A stretch of 64,000 nucleotides of DNA from Patescibacteria group bacterium (lineage in GTDB: Bacteria; Patescibacteriota; Minisyncoccia; Minisyncoccales; GWA2-38-27), in contig JAHCRG010000007.1 in the NCBI GenBank assembly GCA_020148045.1, positions 22,914 to 86,913 on the forward strand. The letters run 5' to 3'. The first letter of the stretch is position 1, and the number at the start of each line of letters is the position of its first letter. A model generated the notes under the pieces. That model saw nothing but the letters and a program-made list of their open reading frames with translations, was not told the origin of the DNA and did not search any database. Shown in pieces: positions 38,841 through 47,773 of the stretch. A program made the translations under genes and the position numbers.

Positions 38841-38850
38841 TAAAGTACCT

Positions 38851-39933
38851 CTATTTTATACCTACTATTCTTTTAAAAAGCCTTCTTATGTCTGCCAGAA
38901 TATCTGAAGGCAAATAGACACAATCCTGGAGGCAATGTTTATTACACTGTTTGACTATATTTCTTATCCGCATAGCTTCCTGTGAAAACCAGATTTCTTT
39001 TAAACTTTTTTTTTCCAAATCTCCGTACATCCCCACGCAACTCCACACTTTTCCATCATAACCTATAACTATCCGCTTAATTGTTTCGTAACATCTAAAT
39101 CCGCTTCCCGGGCTTTCACCTTTAAAATAGCCAGGAAGAGCTTCTAATACTGCCTTATCGGTACAAATCTCAAAATCTTCAAGTGTATCTTTTAGGTGTA
39201 TTATTTTTTGCATATACTTCTTTAATTTAATAATATTCTCTTTAGACGGCCATAAATCATTTTTTCTTTTTTCAGACATCTTTATATTATTAGAGAGGAG
39301 CGGCTGGAAGATAATGCAATTACATTTATTGGCTCTGGCAAATTCAATCATCGGTAATATATCATTAATATTTTTATCCATAATTGTAAAATTTATTCCA
39401 ACCGTAGGAAATAGAGATTTATATTTAGACTTATAATAAATTAATTTATTGATGTTTTTCTCTGCCTTATTAAAAACGGTTTTGCCTCTAATCTCATCAT
39501 TTGTATCTTCTAATCCATCTAAAGAAATAGTAATATGGTTCAACTTAATTTCGAGCAATTTTTGAATAATCTTGTCGTTAAGCAACACCCCGTTTGTAAC
39601 AATATCTACTTTTTCTATACTATGGGTAACAGCGAATTCTGCAATCGCAAGCAAATCGTCTCTCATCAATGGCTCCCCGCCGGAGAATATAAGGTGCTTT
39701 ATTCCCATGCCTTCTATTTGGCAAATAGTCTCTTTTATTTTTGATGTAGTTAATTCTTTTGCTTTATCTGAAGTCTTGTTGATAGCACACATTTTGCATC
39801 TTAAGTTGCATCGATTAGTAGGAGAAAAATAGACATGCTCGGGAGGAATTAAAGGATAGGACAATACTCTACCGAAATAATATCCTAATTTTTCTTCGAG
39901 CATGGTATATTCTTTTTCCAAACGATTATTCAT
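38851..39933 (-). CDS. radical SAM enzyme, SPASM/twitch-like C-terminus (array member)
   Basis: 360 aa with PTNRCNLRCKMCAI, FSGGEPLM and FRCYETIKRIVIGYDGKVWSC...QCNKHCLQDC. Confidence 0.8.
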   Translation of the reverse strand: MNNRLEKEYTMLEEKLGYYFGRVLSYPLIPPEHVYFSPTNRCNLRCKMCAINKTSDKAKELTTSKIKETICQIEGMGIKHLIFSGGEPLMRDDLLAIAEFAVTHSIEKVDIVTNGVLLNDKIIQKLLEIKLNHITISLDGLEDTNDEIRGKTVFNKAEKNINKLIYYKSKYKSLFPTVGINFTIMDKNINDILPMIEFARANKCNCIIFQPLLSNNIKMSEKRKNDLWPSKENIIKLKKYMQKIIHLKDTLEDFEICTDKAVLEALPGYFKGESPGSGFRCYETIKRIVIGYDGKVWSCVGMYGDLEKKSLKEIWFSQEAMRIRNIVKQCNKHCLQDCVYLPSDILADIRRLFKRIVGIK

Positions 39934-39942
39934 CTTTCTTTT

Positions 39943-40971
39943 TCATTTTTTGTTATAAAATCTTATTAAATTTGGAAGATTTTGCGCTGTTTCTTGAGAA
40001 TAACAACTCTGCATACATAAATTTTTACAATTTTTTGAATGAATACGCAATTTATAAGCTTCTTTTGATTCCCAAGCTCTTTTTAAAGAAATTTTATCTA
40101 AATTCCCGCAAATTCCGTGACAACTATAAATTAAAGGTTCATTTTTTGCATAACAGATAAACACAGTTTTAAATCCGCCAAAACATATCCAATCTTTCTG
40201 TGTAAGTTGTCTCTGGTAATATTTAAGCAATAGCTCCAGGCGGGGCTCTTCGCAAATAGTTATGTGCTTTGGTCTATATTTTCTTAGCTTTGCGAGTTCG
40301 TCTTTCAATATGGCGACGTCTTCTTTCTCTAGCCAAAACGGAGATAATCTTCTGTCAAAAAAATTTGTATTATCGCTCGCTAACGGCTGGAAATTAATTA
40401 CATCGGCACCTAATTCATCGGCTAATTTGACCAGTTTAAATAATTCTTTTACATTTCTATTCATAACCGTACAGGCAATTCCTATCGACAAAGAACCATT
40501 GTTGTTTCTTTTTTCCATTAAAATCTTTATCGCCTTTATTGCCTTTTTAAATGCGCCTCTGCCTCTGAAAAAATCGTGTGTGTGGCCTAATCCATCAATA
40601 GAAAAATGGATGTGATTTATCTTGGAGTTGATAATCCTGTCTGCTAACTCACTGCCTATCGACATACCGTTGGTAGTAATTATATTTTGTAATCCTTTCT
40701 TATGAGAGTAATTACAAATTTCGAATATATCTTCTCGCAAGAAAGGTTCTCCGCCGGTTAAAACTACTTTTCTTACTGTATAATCAGCAGCTTCCTCAAT
40801 TATATGAAATATCTGTCCAGTAGACAGCTCTTCTTTCCGAGGCAATAAATCAACTATACTGCACATTTTGCATCTTAAATTGCATCTATAGGTGAGCGAA
40901 ATCTGAATTATTTCTGGCGCAATTATAGGATAATCTATTTTCCGGGATAACCAAGAAAGAAACGTATTCAT
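39943..40971 (-). CDS. radical SAM enzyme, SPASM/twitch-like C-terminus (array member)
   Basis: 342 aa with LTYRCNLRCKMCSI, LTGGEPFLREDIF and WICFGGFKTVFICY...SC...NCKNLCMQSC. Confidence 0.8.
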   Translation of the reverse strand: MNTFLSWLSRKIDYPIIAPEIIQISLTYRCNLRCKMCSIVDLLPRKEELSTGQIFHIIEEAADYTVRKVVLTGGEPFLREDIFEICNYSHKKGLQNIITTNGMSIGSELADRIINSKINHIHFSIDGLGHTHDFFRGRGAFKKAIKAIKILMEKRNNNGSLSIGIACTVMNRNVKELFKLVKLADELGADVINFQPLASDNTNFFDRRLSPFWLEKEDVAILKDELAKLRKYRPKHITICEEPRLELLLKYYQRQLTQKDWICFGGFKTVFICYAKNEPLIYSCHGICGNLDKISLKRAWESKEAYKLRIHSKNCKNLCMQSCYSQETAQNLPNLIRFYNKK

Positions 40972-42878
40972 TATTCAGGGTCACAAAAACATGGCAACAA
41001 ACATGGCCATGAACATTTTGCTACTCTTTCCCTTGCCTTAATCATTTGTCTACTCTGAAGAATATCTTCCAAATCCTGCTTCTTTATGTTTCCATAAGAC
41101 GAAAAACAAGTTCTGCTTTCTCCCTGATTAGAAACTAAAATTGTATATTTAGCAGATATACATTTCACATCCTCAGAAGTAATTATGCCCCGGAAATATT
41201 TTTTAATACATGATAAATTCTTAATAGAATTCCTTACAAAGCATGGATTCTCTTTCTTAAATTCTATTAATCCATCTATAATTTCATCAAGCATATTAAA
41301 CCTTTCTTTTGGAATCCAGAAAAGGGATTTGTTCCGTTGAGTCATTTTTAAATTATTTGGCAGTAATGCCTGGAATTGCAAGGAATTTGCTCCTAATGAC
41401 AAAATAAGCCCTGTCAACTCAAGCAATTCTTCCAGATTTTGATTTAAAATTACAACAATCGCATTAAAGTTTACCCGGGGATATTCTTTTTTTAATTGTG
41501 CAAGCAACTCCAGTCCTTTTACTGTTTTTTGCCAGGAGATATCAGAATTTCTTATCGCATTATGTATTTGTGGCTTTACGGAATCCAAAGAAATAACCGG
41601 AGAAATTGTATTGTCTACAAGATACGGGGTTAATCTCTTTAAGTATTCTTCTATAACTACCCCATTGCTTAAAATTCCTAAATTTTTAATCCCTAATGTT
41701 TTTGTATAATCAAGTATTTCAAATATATCTTTCCTTAACAAAGGCTCTCCTCCGGATAAAGTAATTTCTTTTATTCCTACTCCTTTAGTTTGGGAAAGAA
41801 TCTTTTTAATATAAGAAATAGGAATATCCTTATCTCTATTTGCTGTCTTCCATATATCGCAAATCCGGCAAGAAAGATTGCAAGAATGAGTAATATCTAA
41901 TATAAGAAGGCGGGGAATGCAGAAAGGCTTTTTCTCTCTCTTTAAGGACTTTTCACTTATTCTAATAAATTCTAAGACATTACCTGCAATGTAGAAAATT
42001 TTATGAAGGACAAAATGTGAATAGATAGATATTTTTTTATGGATATCATTAACATTACTTTCTTTTATAAGCCTTCTTCCTAAAGAATAGCTAAAACGAG
42101 GAATCTTTATAATATTAATCAAAATAGCAATCCAGAAAGAAAACTTACCTGTTTTTAATTCCTTCAATAAAGGGTGGTCTTTATGCACACATTGGGTTAA
42201 TAAATTTCCTCTTCCATAAATACAGGCTTGCCTTATAAAACTGTTTAGAGTATCATTTCGATAATGGAGGACTTTTATATTCTTATTCCAGATAAATCTA
42301 TGCCCGTGTTTAAATAAACGCCAGAAGAATTCTAAGTCTTCTCCTCCTGGCAAAGAAAATCTCTCATTAAATGTATATTTATCAAAAATCCGTCTTTTAA
42401 AAGAAACATTGCAGGTTGGAAAAAATATAATCTCTTTTTTCTTATTTAAATTAGTTTGGATAGCGCCGTTGCTTAAAAATTGACCCACCATAATACTCGT
42501 TTTTTTATAAGGAGTTTCTGTCAGGCCCCCCACAGTGATAATTTCTGGATTTTTTTTATGGGACTCAACCATCAGCTTAACCCAATCTCTATCTAATGTA
42601 CAGTCATCATCGGTAAAACCAATAATTTTCCCTTTTGCTTCTTTTATCCCTAAGTTGCGGGCGCAAGCTGGCCCTTTATGAAGCTGCTGAATATATCTTA
42701 GATTTTTATACTTTTGCATTAAGGCATCTATCATCTGGGGGATGTCATCCGATGAGCCATCGTCTACTATTATAATCTCATACTTATCCTTTGAATAGTC
42801 CTGCTCATCCAAAGACAAAAGGCATCTCTTTAATGTCTCTTTTCTGTTATAAGCTGGGATTATTATCGATAATTCCAT
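40971..42878 (-). CDS. GT2 glycosyltransferase fused to radical SAM/SPASM-like domain
   Basis: 635 aa. The N-terminal part reads ELSIIIPAYNR, IIVDDGSSDD and FTDDDC. From about aa 320 it reads ITHSCNLSCRICDIW, LSGGEPLLRKDIF and C-terminal KCISAKYTILVSNQGESRTC...KCSWPCLLPCFC. Confidence 0.8.
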   Translation of the reverse strand: MELSIIIPAYNRKETLKRCLLSLDEQDYSKDKYEIIIVDDGSSDDIPQMIDALMQKYKNLRYIQQLHKGPACARNLGIKEAKGKIIGFTDDDCTLDRDWVKLMVESHKKNPEIITVGGLTETPYKKTSIMVGQFLSNGAIQTNLNKKKEIIFFPTCNVSFKRRIFDKYTFNERFSLPGGEDLEFFWRLFKHGHRFIWNKNIKVLHYRNDTLNSFIRQACIYGRGNLLTQCVHKDHPLLKELKTGKFSFWIAILINIIKIPRFSYSLGRRLIKESNVNDIHKKISIYSHFVLHKIFYIAGNVLEFIRISEKSLKREKKPFCIPRLLILDITHSCNLSCRICDIWKTANRDKDIPISYIKKILSQTKGVGIKEITLSGGEPLLRKDIFEILDYTKTLGIKNLGILSNGVVIEEYLKRLTPYLVDNTISPVISLDSVKPQIHNAIRNSDISWQKTVKGLELLAQLKKEYPRVNFNAIVVILNQNLEELLELTGLILSLGANSLQFQALLPNNLKMTQRNKSLFWIPKERFNMLDEIIDGLIEFKKENPCFVRNSIKNLSCIKKYFRGIITSEDVKCISAKYTILVSNQGESRTCFSSYGNIKKQDLEDILQSRQMIKARERVAKCSWPCLLPCFCDPE

Positions 42879-45015
42879 TTATTTGCTGTTCTCCATATTC
42901 CCAATATTCAGCTAGGTTGTTGCTCTTATTGGCCAAAATCTTTATACAAGTCAAACTGAGAGCAGGAAAATTGTGAGAAAAACTAATCGCGTCTTCGCCT
43001 TCTGGCCCTTCTTCTAGTATGACCTCTGTATAAAAGGATTTCTTTTCTTTATTTACTACCATTACTATGATATTGTCTCCATTGTTGCATGCATAAACAT
43101 TAAGTCTCCCGGGTAAGGAGCTTCCGGCATCTAAAATACTGCCTTTGAAATTCAATGAATATAAAGCCAAAACGTAATATAGAGGAGTAATGTTATCCGT
43201 TTCGTCAATTAAAGCTATATTATGATCTGATGAATTTAAGCAAAATTGCGTTGCGTAGCCTACCCTATATTTGGCCATAATACCGTAAAGGTCAGCAAGG
43301 TATAAAACTTTTATAATTGGGTCATAATCTACCATCGATTGAGATTCTATATTAAATTCTGTAATTGCTAATTCTGTCCCGGGGTAATTGGTTTCTATCC
43401 ATTTTTTAAATTTTGGTAAAACTTCGCCGATTTGTCCGCAAGGAAGGGAATGGTCATAATTATTAATATAATTATGGCTCCACCAGGTCTGGGTTGACCT
43501 CAAAATCAGCGAGATGTCTTTTTCTATCTTACCTGTCAGGGGGTCTCTAAAAATAGGATACAGATGGAAACTCAAAACATCCAAAATACGAAATCCTTCT
43601 GGATTTTCAGTTTTATTATTTTGATATTCATAACATTTATTCAAAAAATATTCTATGATTTGACGCTGGCTATCCTCCGGGGATAGTGTCCCCCAGTTCA
43701 TCCAAGAGCTGGAGATAGCAGGAGCAAAAATCTTTATCTGCAAGGCCGGATTTATTTCGGCCTGGGCTTTTTTCATTGCTACTGAAATTTTCTTAAATAT
43801 TTCAAAATATTCTCTAATTGAGCAAGGGGTCTTTCTCACATCGAAGTGGACATCGTGCCATATAAAAGGCTCATTGCCTATTTCAAAAAATTTAATATTA
43901 TAGCCTCTTTCTTTATTAAGATACCGCACCAAATCTGCCGTATCTTCAGGGTCCATACATTTCGTAAATTTATCCTTGTTTTTTTCGTCAGGGGCATATC
44001 CTAAAGCATTAATCTGGATTAACGGCTCTGCGCCTATTTGACGGCAGTATTGGATAAACTCATCTAAATCTGTCATAGTCAGTGCTTTTTCATTCGCCGG
44101 AAAGGTATATTTGCTACTGCGCCAATTATATCTATCCATAAAAGGTCCGCCTGCTCTTATTAATTTCAAACCAAGAGGGGCTACTTTTTTCTTATCCGGC
44201 AAATCAAGCCAAACGCCCCAGTTTGCTCCATAGAGGCATGGGCTTATCATTTTATCTTTTTGCCGGAAGGCGCAACTGTAAACTCTAATCTTTGCATCGG
44301 TTTTCTCTGAACTGCGATTTATTAAATTTATTAAAGAATGCTTGGGCGGTAGACTACGGACTCTTTCCAAATTTGGTATTTCTGGAAGTTCTTTTTGTAA
44401 GAAATTTATATTAAGTAAATATATACTTCCTCGTTCGCCATCCCTTCCTTTCTTATGTAAACCAAATGTCTTTACTTTATCCCATTCTATAGATGGATTA
44501 AAACCGCGGTGACGTGGTGTCCAATCTTTAGCTATTTTAAATTGAGAGAAAGGTAAATATATTTTTTTATATTTATCAGTGACTATAAATCTATACCAGC
44601 AGGGTTTAGGTATCCCTGTGTTTTTATCCTTAGTTAAAAAATAGAAATAAACTTCCTCCCTCTTTTCACCTTTAATATATAATTGAACTCCTGTATACCC
44701 TGTCAAGTCGTTCACCCTTTCAAATTCTATAAAAAAGTCTATCTCCGGCCAAAGCCACAATTCTGTTGCTTTTAAAGTATAGTTAAATCTGACACTGTCT
44801 TTCTTTTCGTTTGAAGTTTCTACATAGCCAATTGAAGCACCCGGCCAACCTGAATCGTTTAATACCTTCCAATGCCCGGAATCGAAATCTAAAGAGCGGT
44901 CATCCTTTTCTAAAGCAGCGTATGAATATTCATAGAGGGTAAATCCTGTTAAAAATACTAAAACAACGGTTATCCCTTTTATTGTAATTCTATTTTTGCA
45001 ATTAAATATAGTCAT
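42847..45015 (-). CDS. secreted glycoside hydrolase, clan GH-A (beta/alpha)8 type, with N-terminal CBM/CIA30-like domain
   Basis: 722 aa with a signal/anchor ITVVLVFLTGFTLYEYSYA, an acid/base-like FEIGNEPFIW and a nucleophile-like ELAITEFNIE. The N-terminal ~200 aa look like a beta-sandwich. Confidence 0.6.
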   Translation of the reverse strand: MTIFNCKNRITIKGITVVLVFLTGFTLYEYSYAALEKDDRSLDFDSGHWKVLNDSGWPGASIGYVETSNEKKDSVRFNYTLKATELWLWPEIDFFIEFERVNDLTGYTGVQLYIKGEKREEVYFYFLTKDKNTGIPKPCWYRFIVTDKYKKIYLPFSQFKIAKDWTPRHRGFNPSIEWDKVKTFGLHKKGRDGERGSIYLLNINFLQKELPEIPNLERVRSLPPKHSLINLINRSSEKTDAKIRVYSCAFRQKDKMISPCLYGANWGVWLDLPDKKKVAPLGLKLIRAGGPFMDRYNWRSSKYTFPANEKALTMTDLDEFIQYCRQIGAEPLIQINALGYAPDEKNKDKFTKCMDPEDTADLVRYLNKERGYNIKFFEIGNEPFIWHDVHFDVRKTPCSIREYFEIFKKISVAMKKAQAEINPALQIKIFAPAISSSWMNWGTLSPEDSQRQIIEYFLNKCYEYQNNKTENPEGFRILDVLSFHLYPIFRDPLTGKIEKDISLILRSTQTWWSHNYINNYDHSLPCGQIGEVLPKFKKWIETNYPGTELAITEFNIESQSMVDYDPIIKVLYLADLYGIMAKYRVGYATQFCLNSSDHNIALIDETDNITPLYYVLALYSLNFKGSILDAGSSLPGRLNVYACNNGDNIIVMVVNKEKKSFYTEVILEEGPEGEDAISFSHNFPALSLTCIKILANKSNNLAEYWEYGEQQINGIIDNNPSL

Positions 45016-45036
45016 CTAACTATTGAATAAACCCTG

Positions 45037-47772
45037 TTAGAGAGCTTTCTCTAACGGAGTAAAATGGATTCTCCCGCAGAAATACAGGTATTCGCCGGGA
45101 AAGATAGTTAGCCTTTGCGGATTTAAATACTGCAAGACTCTGCCCCGATGATAGACATCCGAATTTATAATATTAAGACGCCAATCTGGATTTTGCTTTT
45201 GCGGAAAAAATATAACTGATGGTAAACGCTTTTTATCTGCGGATTCGGCTGCTACGGCAATGTATTGGGTATTGTTGCCTCCGGACCATATACAATCCCA
45301 ATCATCGGCAATATCTTCTTTAAAGGAAGGGAAAAAGCCTTTTTCTTTATCTGTTATCCACCCGGAGTACTTTTCAGAAAGCATAAGGTTTGTCTGCAAA
45401 CGATCAACCTCTATTTTCTTATCTACTTTCGTTTTAACAGTGAATTCAAAGGAATTGTCTTTTTTTAATCTAATTTGCCAGTGTTGACTTATGGGTAGAT
45501 ATAACCACTTTCCAAAGACCTTAATTGTCTCTCTACTTTTCTCTTCAGTCTTCCATATAGCTTTTGAGTAAGAGTCGTGCCAACGTCCCTTTGAGCGAAT
45601 AGATGTATATAGGCCAAAACCCTTCGTCAGCTCTGTTCCTTCCCAGTAAATGCAGCCTTTGCCTTTATCAAAGTTAAAATCTAAACTTTTAGTTCGAAGT
45701 ATATTTGCCGAATCTTCTATACGTACCTGAGCGGCTTTATTCAAATTGGCTTCAATTGCAAAGCAAGAGTATTCTCCCGGTAAAAGCCTTACATTCTCTT
45801 CTGGTTCAACCTTCTCTATCCGTAATATCCTTGCTTTATGATAAAAATCTGCGTTGAGAATTTTGGCAAAGTTATTTAAATCTTTAGAGAACTTTAAAGA
45901 TAGAGCGGGAAACCGATTATTTTGACTGAGAAGTCCAATTGAACCATCAGGAATACATCTTTGCAACATATCTATCTCACTTTCTAAAAACTTATCTGGA
46001 AGATTTCCTGCTCCATAGTCACTAAAATAATGTTTATAACCTTCGGAGCATATAAACTCAGCCCGTTGCTCCTGGATATCCACTTCAGCATTAACTTCCA
46101 TATTAACCTTCCATGAAAACTGAGACTTATTACTTATTTCCATTTCCCAAATCTGCACAATGGGAAGATTGCGCCACATACCTCTGGCAATTAGTTTATT
46201 CTTATCTTCCTTTTTAACTTCCCAATGTGCTAAATGAGAGTAATAGCGCCTTCCATTCATATAAAATGAAGTACCTATATGGGGGGCACAAGTCAAATTT
46301 GTGCCATCGTATAAAAGTATACCCTTGCCTTTCTCAAATACTAATTTCAATTCATCATCAACTAAAGTAAAACCATCCTGTAATTTTTCTAAATAATTAT
46401 TTATATCTGGACAATTAAGAATTATTTTTCCCGAAAAGTAAACAAAATGATTGGCACAACTTGATGAGTAATTCTGCAAAGCTAAGGCCCTGTATTGTAA
46501 CATCCTGCAATTATTAAAGTAATCGCTATTTAATATTTGAGCCCGGCATTTAGATGTATAGCCAGATTGCTCGAAAATTAATGAAGGAAGTTTACCATCT
46601 AGAATCTCCTTTGTTCTTACACCGATACATTTTCTAAAACCATTTACGTTAAGCAACTCTTGCCAGTCTTTATCATTATTATCTTTGGATGGAAATTCGC
46701 CTTTTTCTGAAGGAGTAAACCATTGAGCGTATTCATTACTTAACATAATATTTGTGTATCCTTCTTGAATTTCAATGGGTTCTTGCAATTCCATTTCGAT
46801 ATTCCATTTTAGCTCATAATTATCAGTTAGTTCCAATCTCCAAACCTGAGTCAGTGCCAGTTGGTAGAATTGGCCTTTAGCCACTAATTTATTTTCGCTT
46901 TCTCTTTTAACCTCCCAGTCTGCCTGAAGGGAACTATACCATCTATTTGCGGTAAGGAAAATAGTATGTGCTCCGGAATTAGGAGTAAGAAGCTTATCTT
47001 GCCAATTTATAAAAAATCGACCATTATTAAATACAACATTCAAAGGTCCTCTTTCTAAAAAGCCTACACCTTCTTTAACGCCAAACATCTGTGTATAAAG
47101 CCGAATTACTTTGTCAGTCAGGCCATCCTTGACTATCCTGCCCTCTTTGAGGAAAATTGCTCTTTTACAGATGCGCCTCAACATATTCATATCGTGGGTA
47201 ACAACGATAATAGTCCTTCCTTGTTCTTTTAATTCAAATATCTTTTTAATGCATTTTCTCTGAAAATATTCATCTCCGACTGTCAGGATATCGTCGATAA
47301 GTAGTATATCGGGGTCCATATGGATAGCGATAGAAAAGGCAAGGCGAACGAACATACCTTGAGAGTAACATTTGACCGGTGCATAGATAAATTTACCCAG
47401 AGAAGCAAAATTTACAATCTCTTCATATTTTTCTTCAATCTGACTCTGAGTTAGGCCAAATAAACTGGCATTTAAATAAATATTCTCTCTGCCTGTAAGT
47501 TCTGATTGAAAACCCGCGCCCAATTCTAAAAGTCCAGAAACTCTTCCCGAAACTTTAAGTTCTCCGCGGTCTGATTTAAGCATTCCAGCGATTAACTTCA
47601 AAATTGTAGATTTACCTGAGCCATTTTCTCCAATTATCCCTAACGTTTCTCCCCGCTCAACGTTGAAACTTATGCCTTTTAACGCCCAAAAGTTATCCCA
47701 GGAGGCCTTCCCCTCAAGAATAAACTTGATCCGATACATCTCCCAAACATCTTTAAGTTGGATTATATCCAT
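45037..47772 (-). CDS. wzt: Wzt/TagH-type polysaccharide-export ABC ATPase with triple-repeat C-terminal extension
   Basis: 911 aa with Walker A GENGSGKST, signature YSQGMFVRLAFS and Walker B ILLIDDIL. Three homologous ~215-aa repeats follow (WEVKRESENKLVAKG / WEVKKEDKNKLIARG / WKTEEKSRETIKVFG). Confidence 0.8.
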   Translation of the reverse strand: MDIIQLKDVWEMYRIKFILEGKASWDNFWALKGISFNVERGETLGIIGENGSGKSTILKLIAGMLKSDRGELKVSGRVSGLLELGAGFQSELTGRENIYLNASLFGLTQSQIEEKYEEIVNFASLGKFIYAPVKCYSQGMFVRLAFSIAIHMDPDILLIDDILTVGDEYFQRKCIKKIFELKEQGRTIIVVTHDMNMLRRICKRAIFLKEGRIVKDGLTDKVIRLYTQMFGVKEGVGFLERGPLNVVFNNGRFFINWQDKLLTPNSGAHTIFLTANRWYSSLQADWEVKRESENKLVAKGQFYQLALTQVWRLELTDNYELKWNIEMELQEPIEIQEGYTNIMLSNEYAQWFTPSEKGEFPSKDNNDKDWQELLNVNGFRKCIGVRTKEILDGKLPSLIFEQSGYTSKCRAQILNSDYFNNCRMLQYRALALQNYSSSCANHFVYFSGKIILNCPDINNYLEKLQDGFTLVDDELKLVFEKGKGILLYDGTNLTCAPHIGTSFYMNGRRYYSHLAHWEVKKEDKNKLIARGMWRNLPIVQIWEMEISNKSQFSWKVNMEVNAEVDIQEQRAEFICSEGYKHYFSDYGAGNLPDKFLESEIDMLQRCIPDGSIGLLSQNNRFPALSLKFSKDLNNFAKILNADFYHKARILRIEKVEPEENVRLLPGEYSCFAIEANLNKAAQVRIEDSANILRTKSLDFNFDKGKGCIYWEGTELTKGFGLYTSIRSKGRWHDSYSKAIWKTEEKSRETIKVFGKWLYLPISQHWQIRLKKDNSFEFTVKTKVDKKIEVDRLQTNLMLSEKYSGWITDKEKGFFPSFKEDIADDWDCIWSGGNNTQYIAVAAESADKKRLPSVIFFPQKQNPDWRLNIINSDVYHRGRVLQYLNPQRLTIFPGEYLYFCGRIHFTPLEKAL

Positions 47773-47773
47773 T

